A stretch of 61,058 nucleotides of DNA, filler included. It is 8 parts of 8 records of this genome, joined end to end, with 100 filler letters (N's around TTAATTAATTAA, not from the genome) between each part and the next. Parts side by side here need not be neighbours in the genome. Positions count along the whole stretch, not along the records: positions 47,463 to 61,058 come from SRR31147125_49531; 7 more parts are not named here. One strand, given 5' to 3'. The translations under genes were made by a program, and so were the position numbers. Shown here piece by piece: positions 47,544 to 57,077 of this stretch. The notes under the pieces were generated by a model, which saw nothing but the letters and a program-made list of their open reading frames with translations, had not been told where the DNA came from and ran no database searches. Within the stretch, counting starts at the first letter, position 1. Every line of letters begins with the position of its first letter.

Positions 47544-49133
47544 ATGCCAATGAAAAACCTGAGTACAATTTCTATTCTAGTCCTCTGCCTGTCTCTGCTG
47601 TCAGGCTGTACCAATAAGGACAATGATATTATCCTTCATTATCCACAAAAAAACCTTTATTGGGGCGATATTCACAATCACAATGCTGTTGGATATGCAA
47701 GAGGATCCCTGGAGCGTGCTTATGAGATCGCCGAAAGCCATCTGGATTTTTTCTGTTTTACCGGGCATTCCCAGTGGTATGACATGCCCATCATGCCTCA
47801 AAATAAACACATGAAATGGGTGAACGGTTTTAAAGTGATGCAAAATAATTGGGATAAAGTGGTCTCAATGGCCAATGCATATTATGAGCCTGGGCAATTT
47901 GTGCCGTTTATCGGCTACGAATGGCATTCCAGTGCCCACGGCGATGTCCATATTATTTTTCCGGGTGAAACAGCGGAATTAAAGGTTATACATGATATAA
48001 GAAATTTTCAAAAATTCGCCAGGGATAATAAGGCGCTTCTCATTCCACACCATCCGGCTTATAAACAGGACTGGCGCGGGCAAAACTGGGCATCTCTGGA
48101 TACCACCGTGTCCCCTGTTGTGGAAATATTCTCGGAACATGGCAACGCAGAATCGGATCGCTCACCGTATCGCTATATTCGTCACAGTATGGGTGGGCGT
48201 TATACGGTTAATACCTTACAGAACCTGTGGCAACAAAATATCCAGGTGGGTGTTGTGGCCAGCACAGATGATCATCTGGGATATCCTGGCGCTTATGGTG
48301 AAGGCTTGACAGCCGTTTATGCGGATGACCTCACACGTGAGTCTATTATACAGGCGATTAAATCAAAACGAACCTATGGTATTAGCTCGGATCGAATTGA
48401 GATGGATGTTCGTTTAAACGGTCATTGGATGGGAGAAACCATTGCAGCCACGCCAAAACGTAACCTCTATGTCAAAGTCAAAGGCAAGGATGTGATTGAC
48501 CGGGTTGAAGTATTACGTAATAACCAGGTAATCTACCGACAGCATCCCATCGATTCCGTGCCCACTGAAAAAAGTTGGGATAAACCCGTACTTGTTCGAA
48601 TTGAATTTGGCTGGGGTCCATGGGGTGATTTAAATATGGCACGAATATGCGACTGGGATTTCCAGGTCAAGGTGGATGGTGGTAAGATACTATCCGCAAC
48701 ACCCTGTTTTCAGGCCGGCCCATATGCTGAGGAACGTCGAAATAAAATGACATTGATGGATCAGCAGACCTGCAACGTTGTATCCTATACGTCAAGAAAA
48801 CAGGCGTACGAGGAACGGGCAACCAATAGTATTGTTTTGGAAATCCAGGGCAATCCGCAAACAAAAGTAAACATTGTTATGCAAAATCCCGATAAAAAGA
48901 CCGTTGTCAAATCCCTGGAAGAACTGGCAGAATCAAGTGATGTTATTTTTACCGGACCGTTTACATCCGAATCAATACTTTTGCACAGACTCGTATTTTT
49001 TGAAAACTATAATACAGAATTCGAATTCACGGACAAGGTAAAAACAGAAAACACCCAATGGTATTATGTGCGCGTCACACAGACCAATGGCAGCCTCGCC
49101 TGGTCAAGCCCGATTTGGGTTGAAGCACAGTAA
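47544..49133 (+). CDS. DUF3604-like PHP-fold metallohydrolase lipoprotein
   Basis: Lipobox LLSG-C; YWGDIHNH, GYEW, IPHH, VEIFSEHG, ASTDDH, YYVRVTQ...AWSSPIW. Confidence 0.78.
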   Translation: MPMKNLSTISILVLCLSLLSGCTNKDNDIILHYPQKNLYWGDIHNHNAVGYARGSLERAYEIAESHLDFFCFTGHSQWYDMPIMPQNKHMKWVNGFKVMQNNWDKVVSMANAYYEPGQFVPFIGYEWHSSAHGDVHIIFPGETAELKVIHDIRNFQKFARDNKALLIPHHPAYKQDWRGQNWASLDTTVSPVVEIFSEHGNAESDRSPYRYIRHSMGGRYTVNTLQNLWQQNIQVGVVASTDDHLGYPGAYGEGLTAVYADDLTRESIIQAIKSKRTYGISSDRIEMDVRLNGHWMGETIAATPKRNLYVKVKGKDVIDRVEVLRNNQVIYRQHPIDSVPTEKSWDKPVLVRIEFGWGPWGDLNMARICDWDFQVKVDGGKILSATPCFQAGPYAEERRNKMTLMDQQTCNVVSYTSRKQAYEERATNSIVLEIQGNPQTKVNIVMQNPDKKTVVKSLEELAESSDVIFTGPFTSESILLHRLVFFENYNTEFEFTDKVKTENTQWYYVRVTQTNGSLAWSSPIWVEAQ

Positions 49134-49383
49134 AACCGTCCTGTGTCAAACAAACAACTGCGAGCCATCCGGATAACGAATTATCTGGCCGGGTTTGTAA
49201 AATTCACGCCCCTTTTCAGGTAAGGAGATATAATTGCAGTAGGTTCTTCTTGATATTGACAACCTTGTTTTTTTATTCTGTAAAATATTATTATCTTTTA
49301 TATTAGCTCCACATATTTTACCATAAAGTAGATGTTACTTTATAAAAATTAGTAAAATATATCAACCCTCCACAGGATTTTTT

Positions 49384-50686
49384 ATGAATGAAACGAACAA
49401 TACCTACCGTAAAATCTTTGGATATGTTAGCCTGGTCTTATTTGTGGTTTTTGTTTTAGCTCTTATCTTTCGCATCCAGGCTTTAGTTTCCCCCTGCTCA
49501 TCGCGACATTAACCTTTTTGCATTATATTGCATGGGACATCCTATTCTGAAAAAGTTTGCTTTCACCTTTTGGGTATTTGTCTTTGTGGCGATTTCATTG
49601 AATTATCCGTCCGCATTTGGCACCTGGTTTGGATTTGATTTAAAATACCTGATCGTTCCTCTAATTCAAATCATCATGTTTGGCATGGGAACGACATTAA
49701 GTGTGAGTGATTTTACACGTGTCATAAAAATGCCTCGTCCAGTTTTTATTGGCCTGGTACTTCAATTCACCGTAATGCCGTTAGCCGGGGCTGTAATAGC
49801 AATGACGTTTGGATTTGAACCGGAAATCGCTGCCGGTGTCATTTTAATTGGTTCGTGTCCGGGAGGTGTTGCCTCAAATCTGATGACCTATCTGGCCAGA
49901 GGAAATGTCGCTTTATCTGTCACCATGACCTCCTGCTCCACACTTGTTTCGCCTTTAATGACCCCGTTTCTCATGAAAGTACTCGCAGGCAAGCTGGTGC
50001 CCATTAATTTTACAGCCATGATGTTATCCATACTGAACATGATTATTGTTCCGATTGTAGCCGGATTAATAGCAAATCGAATTTTATACAGCAAAAGCAC
50101 ACGTTATAATCGAGCAGGCTATCTGGCGATTGTCGTATTTATCTGTTTCTCTCATGCGATCATGTTTGCCTTTGCGCGGAATGTTTCACTTGGACCACTT
50201 GAAAGTGTTCGAATGGGATTCCTACTCGGATTCCTGCTGATTGGGCTGGTTGCAATGGCAAAGATTATCGTGAATATAATTCTGAAAGGCCCTGAAAAAT
50301 GGATGGATAAAACGTTACCCATCGTTTCCATGGCTGGGATCTGTTATATCATTGGTATCATCACAGCCAGATCCAGTGAAAAACTTTTAACTGTTGGATT
50401 TATCCTTATTGCAGCAGCTATTATACACAATTTCATAGGCTATATATTAGGATATTGGCTGGCAAAAATATCAAGATTAGATGAAAGATCCTGTCGCACT
50501 GTAGCTTTTGAAGTGGGCATGCAAAATGGGGGTATGGCATCCGGCCTGGCTATGACCGTGCTCAACAGTGCCAATACAGCCCTGGCACCAGCAATTTTTG
50601 GTCCCTGGATGAACATTTCCGGATCCGTACTGTCTACCTGGTGGCATCGAAAACCGGTTAAAGAAAAGGAGTCTGTTTTGGATTAA
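49384..50686 (+). CDS. Bile acid:sodium symporter (BASS/SBF) family transporter (two homopolymer frameshifts at about 49490-49520)
   Basis: IMFGMG, LQFTVMP, GSCPGGVASN, ALSVTMT, EVGMQNGG. ATG 49384 joins ORF 49532 after restoring one C and one T. Confidence 0.88.
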
Positions 50687-50824
50687 CATTTTACTTTAAT
50701 AACGAGCGTTTATTGTAAAGCAGCGCTTTAACTATTTAAAGCTTTACTTTACCCATAACTAGATCTATTAAAAACAGTATCTTGGTGAAAATCATAAAAC
50801 TATTTATAATAAAGGAAATAGGTT

Positions 50825-52207
50825 ATGAAACGTCGGGATGTTCTTAAGGGATTTGGACTCGCAGCTCTCTCCTCAGGAGGGCTGGGAGGAATGCTTGCTA
50901 ACAAAGATGTTGCTGCGGCATCAGGTAACTTTAACAGAAGTTCAGAGCCATCAAAGCTAAAAATTACGGATATGCGGGTGACGCGGATGAGCGATTCCCT
51001 GACCTGGCCCAGGTATGTGATTCGCCTTGATACCAATCAGGGGCTATACGGTTATGGGGAGGTCAGAGATGGGGCCAGCGCCACCTACGCGTTGATGCTT
51101 AAAAGCCGGATTTTGGGTGAAAATCCATGTAACGTGGACAAGATCTTTCGCAAGATAAAACAATTTGGTGGTCATGCCAGGCAGGCAGGCGGCGTTGTCT
51201 CTATCGAGATTGCCTGCTGGGATCTGGCTGGTAAAGCCTGGGGAGTGCCGTGCTGGCAGATGCTGGGTGGCAAATTTCGTGATAAGATTCGGGTTTATTC
51301 AGATACCACTTCAAGCACGGATCCGGAAGTAATGGGAAAAAGGCTTAAAAAAAGAATCGATCAGGGCTTTACTTTCTTAAAAATGGATGTTGGCATCCGC
51401 ATTCTCAAAGACATACCTGGCACCATCACCGCACCAAAAGGCATGACAGACACCAACAATATCCCCCACCCTTTTACCGGCATCCGAATCACTGATAAAG
51501 GATTAAAAGTTTTTCAGGACTATTGCGCTACCATCCGTGATATTCTTGGTTGGGAAATCCCCATTGCTGTGGATCATTTTGGCCATTTTGTGCTGGAGGA
51601 TTGCATAAAAATAGCGCAGGTCCTAGACCAGTTCAACTTTGCCTGGTACGAGGATATGATTCCATGGCAATATACTGATCAATATGTCAAACTGCGCCAA
51701 TCCTGCAATACGCCCATCTTAACAGGTGAGGATATCTATCTCAAAGAAGGATTTATGGATCTGTTTGAGAAAAAAGCCATTGCCATTTGTCACCCGGATC
51801 TCGCTTCTGCCGGTGGATTGCTGGAAACAAAAAAAATCGGTGATCTGGCTATGGAGCATGGCATTTCAATGGCTCTGCACATGGCTGGCAGTCCGGTGAC
51901 ATTGTTCGCCAGCATACACGTTGCTGCCGCAACCGAGAATTTCCTAGTTTGTGAACATCACAACGTGGATGACGAGTGGTATGATGACCTTGCGGATGGC
52001 ATCTCAAAACCCATTATCCAAAACGGCTATATAAATGTACCGGATGGACCGGGATTGGGTATTGAACTGAACGAAGAAGCTGTAAAATCGCATCTAAAAG
52101 ATGATTCCGAATATTTTGCTCCAACACCGGAATGGGACAAGGAGAGATCATGGGATCGTACGTGGAGTTTTAATAACCAACCCAAAAGCGAAATAAATCA
52201 TGTATAA
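50825..52207 (+). CDS. Mandelate racemase/muconate-lactonizing (enolase superfamily) acid-sugar dehydratase-like enzyme with Tat signal
   Basis: MKRRDVLKG...AAA Tat leader; IEIACWDLAGKAWGVP..MLGG..RDKIRVY, metal ligands DH / WYED / GED, VPDGPGLGIELN. Confidence 0.9.
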   Translation: MKRRDVLKGFGLAALSSGGLGGMLANKDVAAASGNFNRSSEPSKLKITDMRVTRMSDSLTWPRYVIRLDTNQGLYGYGEVRDGASATYALMLKSRILGENPCNVDKIFRKIKQFGGHARQAGGVVSIEIACWDLAGKAWGVPCWQMLGGKFRDKIRVYSDTTSSTDPEVMGKRLKKRIDQGFTFLKMDVGIRILKDIPGTITAPKGMTDTNNIPHPFTGIRITDKGLKVFQDYCATIRDILGWEIPIAVDHFGHFVLEDCIKIAQVLDQFNFAWYEDMIPWQYTDQYVKLRQSCNTPILTGEDIYLKEGFMDLFEKKAIAICHPDLASAGGLLETKKIGDLAMEHGISMALHMAGSPVTLFASIHVAAATENFLVCEHHNVDDEWYDDLADGISKPIIQNGYINVPDGPGLGIELNEEAVKSHLKDDSEYFAPTPEWDKERSWDRTWSFNNQPKSEINHV

Positions 52208-52245
52208 ATATTAATAGTTGACTGTATTTTTTAAGGAAACACATT

Positions 52246-53180
52246 ATGAAGAGATCACCTACGTTTTTAACAGCCGTTTTAATATTACTGATTTTTTTGT
52301 TCCGTTATCTTACACACAGGTTGGTGTCTTTCAAAAAGCGGATTTAATTCAGTATACACCAAACTGGCAGGGAGAACGTTTTGAGGATGGACGCCCGAAA
52401 GTATCAGATGAACTATTGCAGCGTATGAAAAAAGTCTCTATCGAAGAAGCCTGGGCTGTGTGCAACCGGCATGGATTCACAAATCAATTTGAGGGTAACT
52501 GGGTTATCACCGAAGACAATCCGGTTTTAGTTGGCCGCGCAGTGACAGCCTATTTCCACCCGCTTCGTCCTGACGTCAACACAGCCATTAACGAACAGGG
52601 GAAAAAAGATGGTCAGATCGGCGGACAGAATTCCTGGATCATAGATACCATCATTAAAGGCGATGTGATTGTGGTTGATCTTATGGGCAAAGTCATTGAT
52701 GGTACATTCCTGGGAGATAATCTGGCCAATTCCATCTGGGCCAAAAGCGGTGGCACCGGGGTTGTCATCGACGGCGGTGCCCGCGACATTGAAGGCGTTT
52801 TGCAGATCCCGGATTTCCCTATTTTTAATCGAGGCTGGGATCCCTCCTATTTAAAAGATACCATGCTCATGGGTATCAATACACCCGTTCGTATTGGCCG
52901 GGCATGTGTCATGCCAGGCGATGTCGTTTTGGGTAAAAAAGAAGGCGTGATTTTTATTCCAGCTCACCTGGCTCAGGAAGTGGTTGAATCATCTGAAATT
53001 ATCCGTTTACGGGATCAATTCGGTCACCAGCGCTTACGTGAGGGCACATACACGCCAGGTCAGATTGATGGCAAATGGAGTGAGGACATAGAAAAGGATT
53101 TTACGGATTGGTTAAAGGCAAAAGGTGATGAGTTGACGGATTATCAGAAAGAGAAGTTGCTAAAAGGCAGAACTTGGTAA
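52246..53180 (+). CDS. RraA / HMG-CHA aldolase family protein with Sec signal peptide (frameshift in T-run near 52295)
   Basis: GERFEDGRPKV, LVGRAVT, GDNLA, VIDGGARD, MPGDVV.G...GVIFIP. ATG 52246 gives MKRSPTFLTAVLILLIF[F]VPLSYT-Q. Confidence 0.85.
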
Positions 53181-53192
53181 AAGTTTGATCTA

Positions 53193-53408
53193 TTAATATT
53201 CGATTCGTTCATCTTTAACAATATAGTTTACAGGATTTATATTTGAATTTATATAATCCTCCTTGTTTAATAAACTAAAATTAATTTTCATAAACAAGGA
53301 GGCTTGCCTTGATATGGACTGAACAACTCGTTCGTACTTATCAGGATTCACATCCTTAGATATGTCGCTATCCAAATCGATTAAAATACAGTCATTTAGG
53401 ATACTCAT
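53193..53408 (-). CDS. Small hypothetical protein
   Basis: 71-codon ORF in AT-rich DNA, co-oriented with the upstream lipoprotein; no motif. Confidence 0.3.
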   Translation of the reverse strand: MSILNDCILIDLDSDISKDVNPDKYERVVQSISRQASLFMKINFSLLNKEDYINSNINPVNYIVKDERIEY

Positions 53409-53460
53409 TTTTATTTACAAATCGGAAAAATCTCTTAAAATGCTTTAAAATCATAAAAAG

Positions 53461-54159
53461 CTAATCGTCATAATGTTCGCCCCTTGTCATAATTTTTATT
53501 TGAGCAACAGCAAAATTATCATTGTAATCTTCCTTATCGGGCACGTAATATTCAATTTGGTCACATAAAATTGGTTTACTAATTTTGATATCTACGATAC
53601 CGAGTAATCCATACCCAGGCCATAGATCCACACCAACTAAATGAATGTTTTTTACTAGTTCTCCCTCTAAAAAAACATCGATTTCTCCCTCCTCCGGTTC
53701 ATCCCGATTTATTCGAAAGTATAACGATCCCACTATTAATTCTTTTAAATAAACAGGATTATTGAATTGAACAACTATTCGTTCCTGTTCATCAATCTCA
53801 TTAGGATCATTCCCTTGTACTCCAAGTCCTTTGTTACCTCTTTGGGATAAATTTTGATAACCATCATTTACGTATCCACTTACTGAAGCGAAACCGTCTA
53901 ATAACGACCACGTAGGAACATTCAAAAATACAGTCGTTTGATCAAGAGACCAACCGGACAAGTCTCCATCAATTCCTGAAAGAGGTGCAATAAAACTGAT
54001 AATTTTACGGCCCCTGTTTACTGCTTTTAAAAGTTGTAAATTTTCATCCTGGTAATTTTCAGATGTTTCATAGGTAGGCTCTAAAGGCTCTTCGCTACAA
54101 TTAATTATCAGAAGAATTGGTAAAAAAACACAAATGATTGATTTGATAATTTGTTTCAT
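53461..54159 (-). CDS. Hypothetical exported protein / lipoprotein
   Basis: AAGGAG SD, MKQIIKSIICVFLPILLIIN-C; beta-rich body (GLGV...NEID..E.IVVQFNNPVYL). Confidence 0.65.
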   Translation of the reverse strand: MKQIIKSIICVFLPILLIINCSEEPLEPTYETSENYQDENLQLLKAVNRGRKIISFIAPLSGIDGDLSGWSLDQTTVFLNVPTWSLLDGFASVSGYVNDGYQNLSQRGNKGLGVQGNDPNEIDEQERIVVQFNNPVYLKELIVGSLYFRINRDEPEEGEIDVFLEGELVKNIHLVGVDLWPGYGLLGIVDIKISKPILCDQIEYYVPDKEDYNDNFAVAQIKIMTRGEHYDD

Positions 54160-54930
54160 TGCAATTCTCCTTTTTTCATTGATTAACTTGATGAAACAGT
54201 CAGATTCCAAATTTAGATTTTTTGTGATAGTATTTGTTCATTTTAGCTCAATCAAGGGACATCACCTCCTAATAAGCTTGATTGAATGACATAATAACAA
54301 TTCATCACCATTCCAATCCATTCACAATGTTAAAACGAAATGAATGGGGAAATTATGGAATTTTGATCTACTCAAAATCAAAAGTTACATCTTTAATTAA
54401 ACTCGTAGATAAAATCTAGCCATGAAATATATCAATGGCATCGAGCATGGAGGTAAACTGGAAGGTAAAGAATTGGAGAATAGTATTCAGCTTATTCCCG
54501 GAGGAAAGATCCTGATTATGTAGGAATCAGATAGAAAGGAACAATCACAAACAGGCATATTTATTGATTTATTATTTTTAACAATCTTGATATTTTCTAT
54601 ATTTCTATAAAAGAAAGACTAAGCATATCCTCCTCTGCAGTAAAAATTTTATTATCGCTATCGTACCATTTGGTTTTCCATTTACAATTGGATAATAACC
54701 AATCCATAGAAGTCCTATAATAAAATCTGTCACATGAAAAAGAACATCATCATTTTCATGTGGTAGATTATTCTTTAATCGTGTAACACGTACTCGCAAT
54801 TCTTAAGCAAAAAATTTAATCCAGAGGGTGCACGTACCCGAAGATTAAGATAAGTGTAAATATTATATTATTTTCACAAATTATTATAAATGTTAAATAA
54901 TCACTTTATACCTGAACTGACTTTTTAAAC

Positions 54931-56303
54931 CTAATCTTTCCTGCTTTTCTTTGTACCACTACCACAACAAACGCAACTATCTCGGCACGAATCACAACAT
55001 GCCCCACAAAGCGCATCCACACACGCTTCAATTACTGGCTGACAACACCTCTCGACAAACCACCGACAGCAAATACAATTTTCAACACACCAGTCACCAC
55101 ATCGACTGCCATTACCATTCCCGTTAGATGTTAATCCTACGATAAAGAAAAACAAAAGGACAGGAGCCCAAAATCCAACTTCAGATCCTGGTTTTGCGGC
55201 AACTAGTGGCAATTGTGTCTCTATGTGTCCGAACAGGCTTTGTGGTGTGAGAAATATCAACACAGTTAAAACAGGAGATAACAGGTAAGCTCTAAAACGA
55301 GATACACTCTTTTTTTCACTGGATACGATAATAAACTTTTTGCCCAATTCAATCGCATATTTCCATTTTTCAAAAACTTCATTCTTTGTTTTGCCATATC
55401 CACATCGCATGAAATTCCGGGTACACAACTATCAACGCCACATTTTCTTTTTACATTTCCATCTAACCGTTTTCTTAGATAGTCGATCTTGGTTTCCGAA
55501 ATATCCAACTTTTCAATCACATGTCGCATATCTTTTTCCAAAACCTGAACCATATCGATACTTTTATCACGAAAGTGAGGCGTGAGTTGAGCTTGTTTAA
55601 TCCCAAAGGCTGTTGCCAATGCATTAAACTCTTTTTTACGAAAATCTTTTTCAAAATCGTCCAGTGCATCCAGCACATAAAGCAGTCTGCCAAATGTAAA
55701 TCCCAATTCACACATTTTTTCAGCTTCATCTTCTCTGCCAATAATAATAGCTCCATGGCGAAAGGCTATTCCAGTTATCTCGGCCGTAGGATCAGAGTAA
55801 TAGTGAATCACTGTTTCCGGATCAGTAAGATAACATCCCTTTATTTCCCGTTTTTTCTGTTCATCTAACCAGTAATAGACATCTGGCATTGGAAAATCCC
55901 ATTGAGCCATTAATTGAGAAGCTTTTTTGAATTCTCCGGAAAATATAAAGTTTATAAATTTCCACCACAGGCGAGCGGCATATCGTGCATCGACTATATT
56001 ATCCTTTATCTTACATTCAGCATATAATACATTGATTGATGCGGCTATCTTGAGGGAAAGTGGTATCGAATACTCATCTTTAGGCAGGGAAAAGCAATGG
56101 TTCGAAAAATCTTTTGTAAATTTTATTTTAGACATATCCGCCAGTATTTCACTTAAAAACACAAAATCCCGATTTACTAAAAATCGAATTTTCTGACTAT
56201 AGTATTTACCCAGTGTTTTACAAACACCGCAATAGTGTTGCCTGTAATGTTCCCGTTCTGTTTTATTAAAAGAACAATTGTAAAATTTCATTAAACCAAA
56301 CAT
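54931..56303 (-). CDS. DUF5685-like protein with membrane segments and Cys-rich tail (frameshift at A-run 55372-55376)
   Basis: MFG...HYCGVCKTLG..Y....R..VN.D, KIKDNIVD, GRLLYVLDALDDFEKD...FNAL. One added base gives MKFFEKWKYAIE and joins ORF 54931-55428. Confidence 0.72.
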
Positions 56304-56800
56304 GATTTTTCTCCATAATTAATATGAATTAAAAATTTCTTGTTCGATAATGATGAAATATTACTACTTTAAATAAAAATGATTGATATTTTGGATATTA
56401 CAAATTCTACAAAACCTAGATATTTCGCAGGCGTCTCATTAATTTATTAAATGGATTATCGTACTCTTTCAAAATGAAAGAAAAAGAAACCGCGGCACAA
56501 TACCTCACCACCATCTTTAGTCCTGCTAATAAACGAACCGAAATACTGATAAATTCGTATTAACGTTTATTATTTATAGAGATACAAAAAGTTAGTCAAA
56601 AGGATAACCGGGATATGACTCAAACGTATCGCGAAATGAAGTAACGGAAAAGAAGAGTCAAAAGAGTAACTCATTCTCTGATGAGATTATCAACTCACGT
56701 GGTAGTTATTCGAAATGCAAAAAAAAGAATAGAATTTAAAAAATAAAACAATCGTAAATTTCTCAATATTTCAATAAAGGTGAGAATCACTATATACTCA

Positions 56801-57004
56801 CTATCCGCTTTTGATGCTCATATTCTCCTCGTGAATAACCTGCCCCAGCCAGTTATGATATAATAAAAGACGATGATCACCATCAACCAGGGATGAAACA
56901 GTAATGACAGTGCCGGACACATCGGTTTCCGGATTAACGGCCCAGCCAAATGTGAGCTGGTCACTTTTTATGGCAAAATCATCTCCATTATTTATCTGTG
57001 GCTC
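56801..57004 (-). pseudogene. Degenerate fragment resembling a C-terminal beta-sandwich of a glycoside hydrolase
   Basis: FGWAVNPETDVSGTVITVSSLVDGDHRLF / YHNWLGQVIHEE across a frameshift; no start codon; stops on both sides. Confidence 0.3.
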
Positions 57005-57077
57005 TATAGATCCTCAAAATATGCAGAGTCTCATCATTATTTTCCACAATTATCAATAATCTATTTTGAAATTTCCC

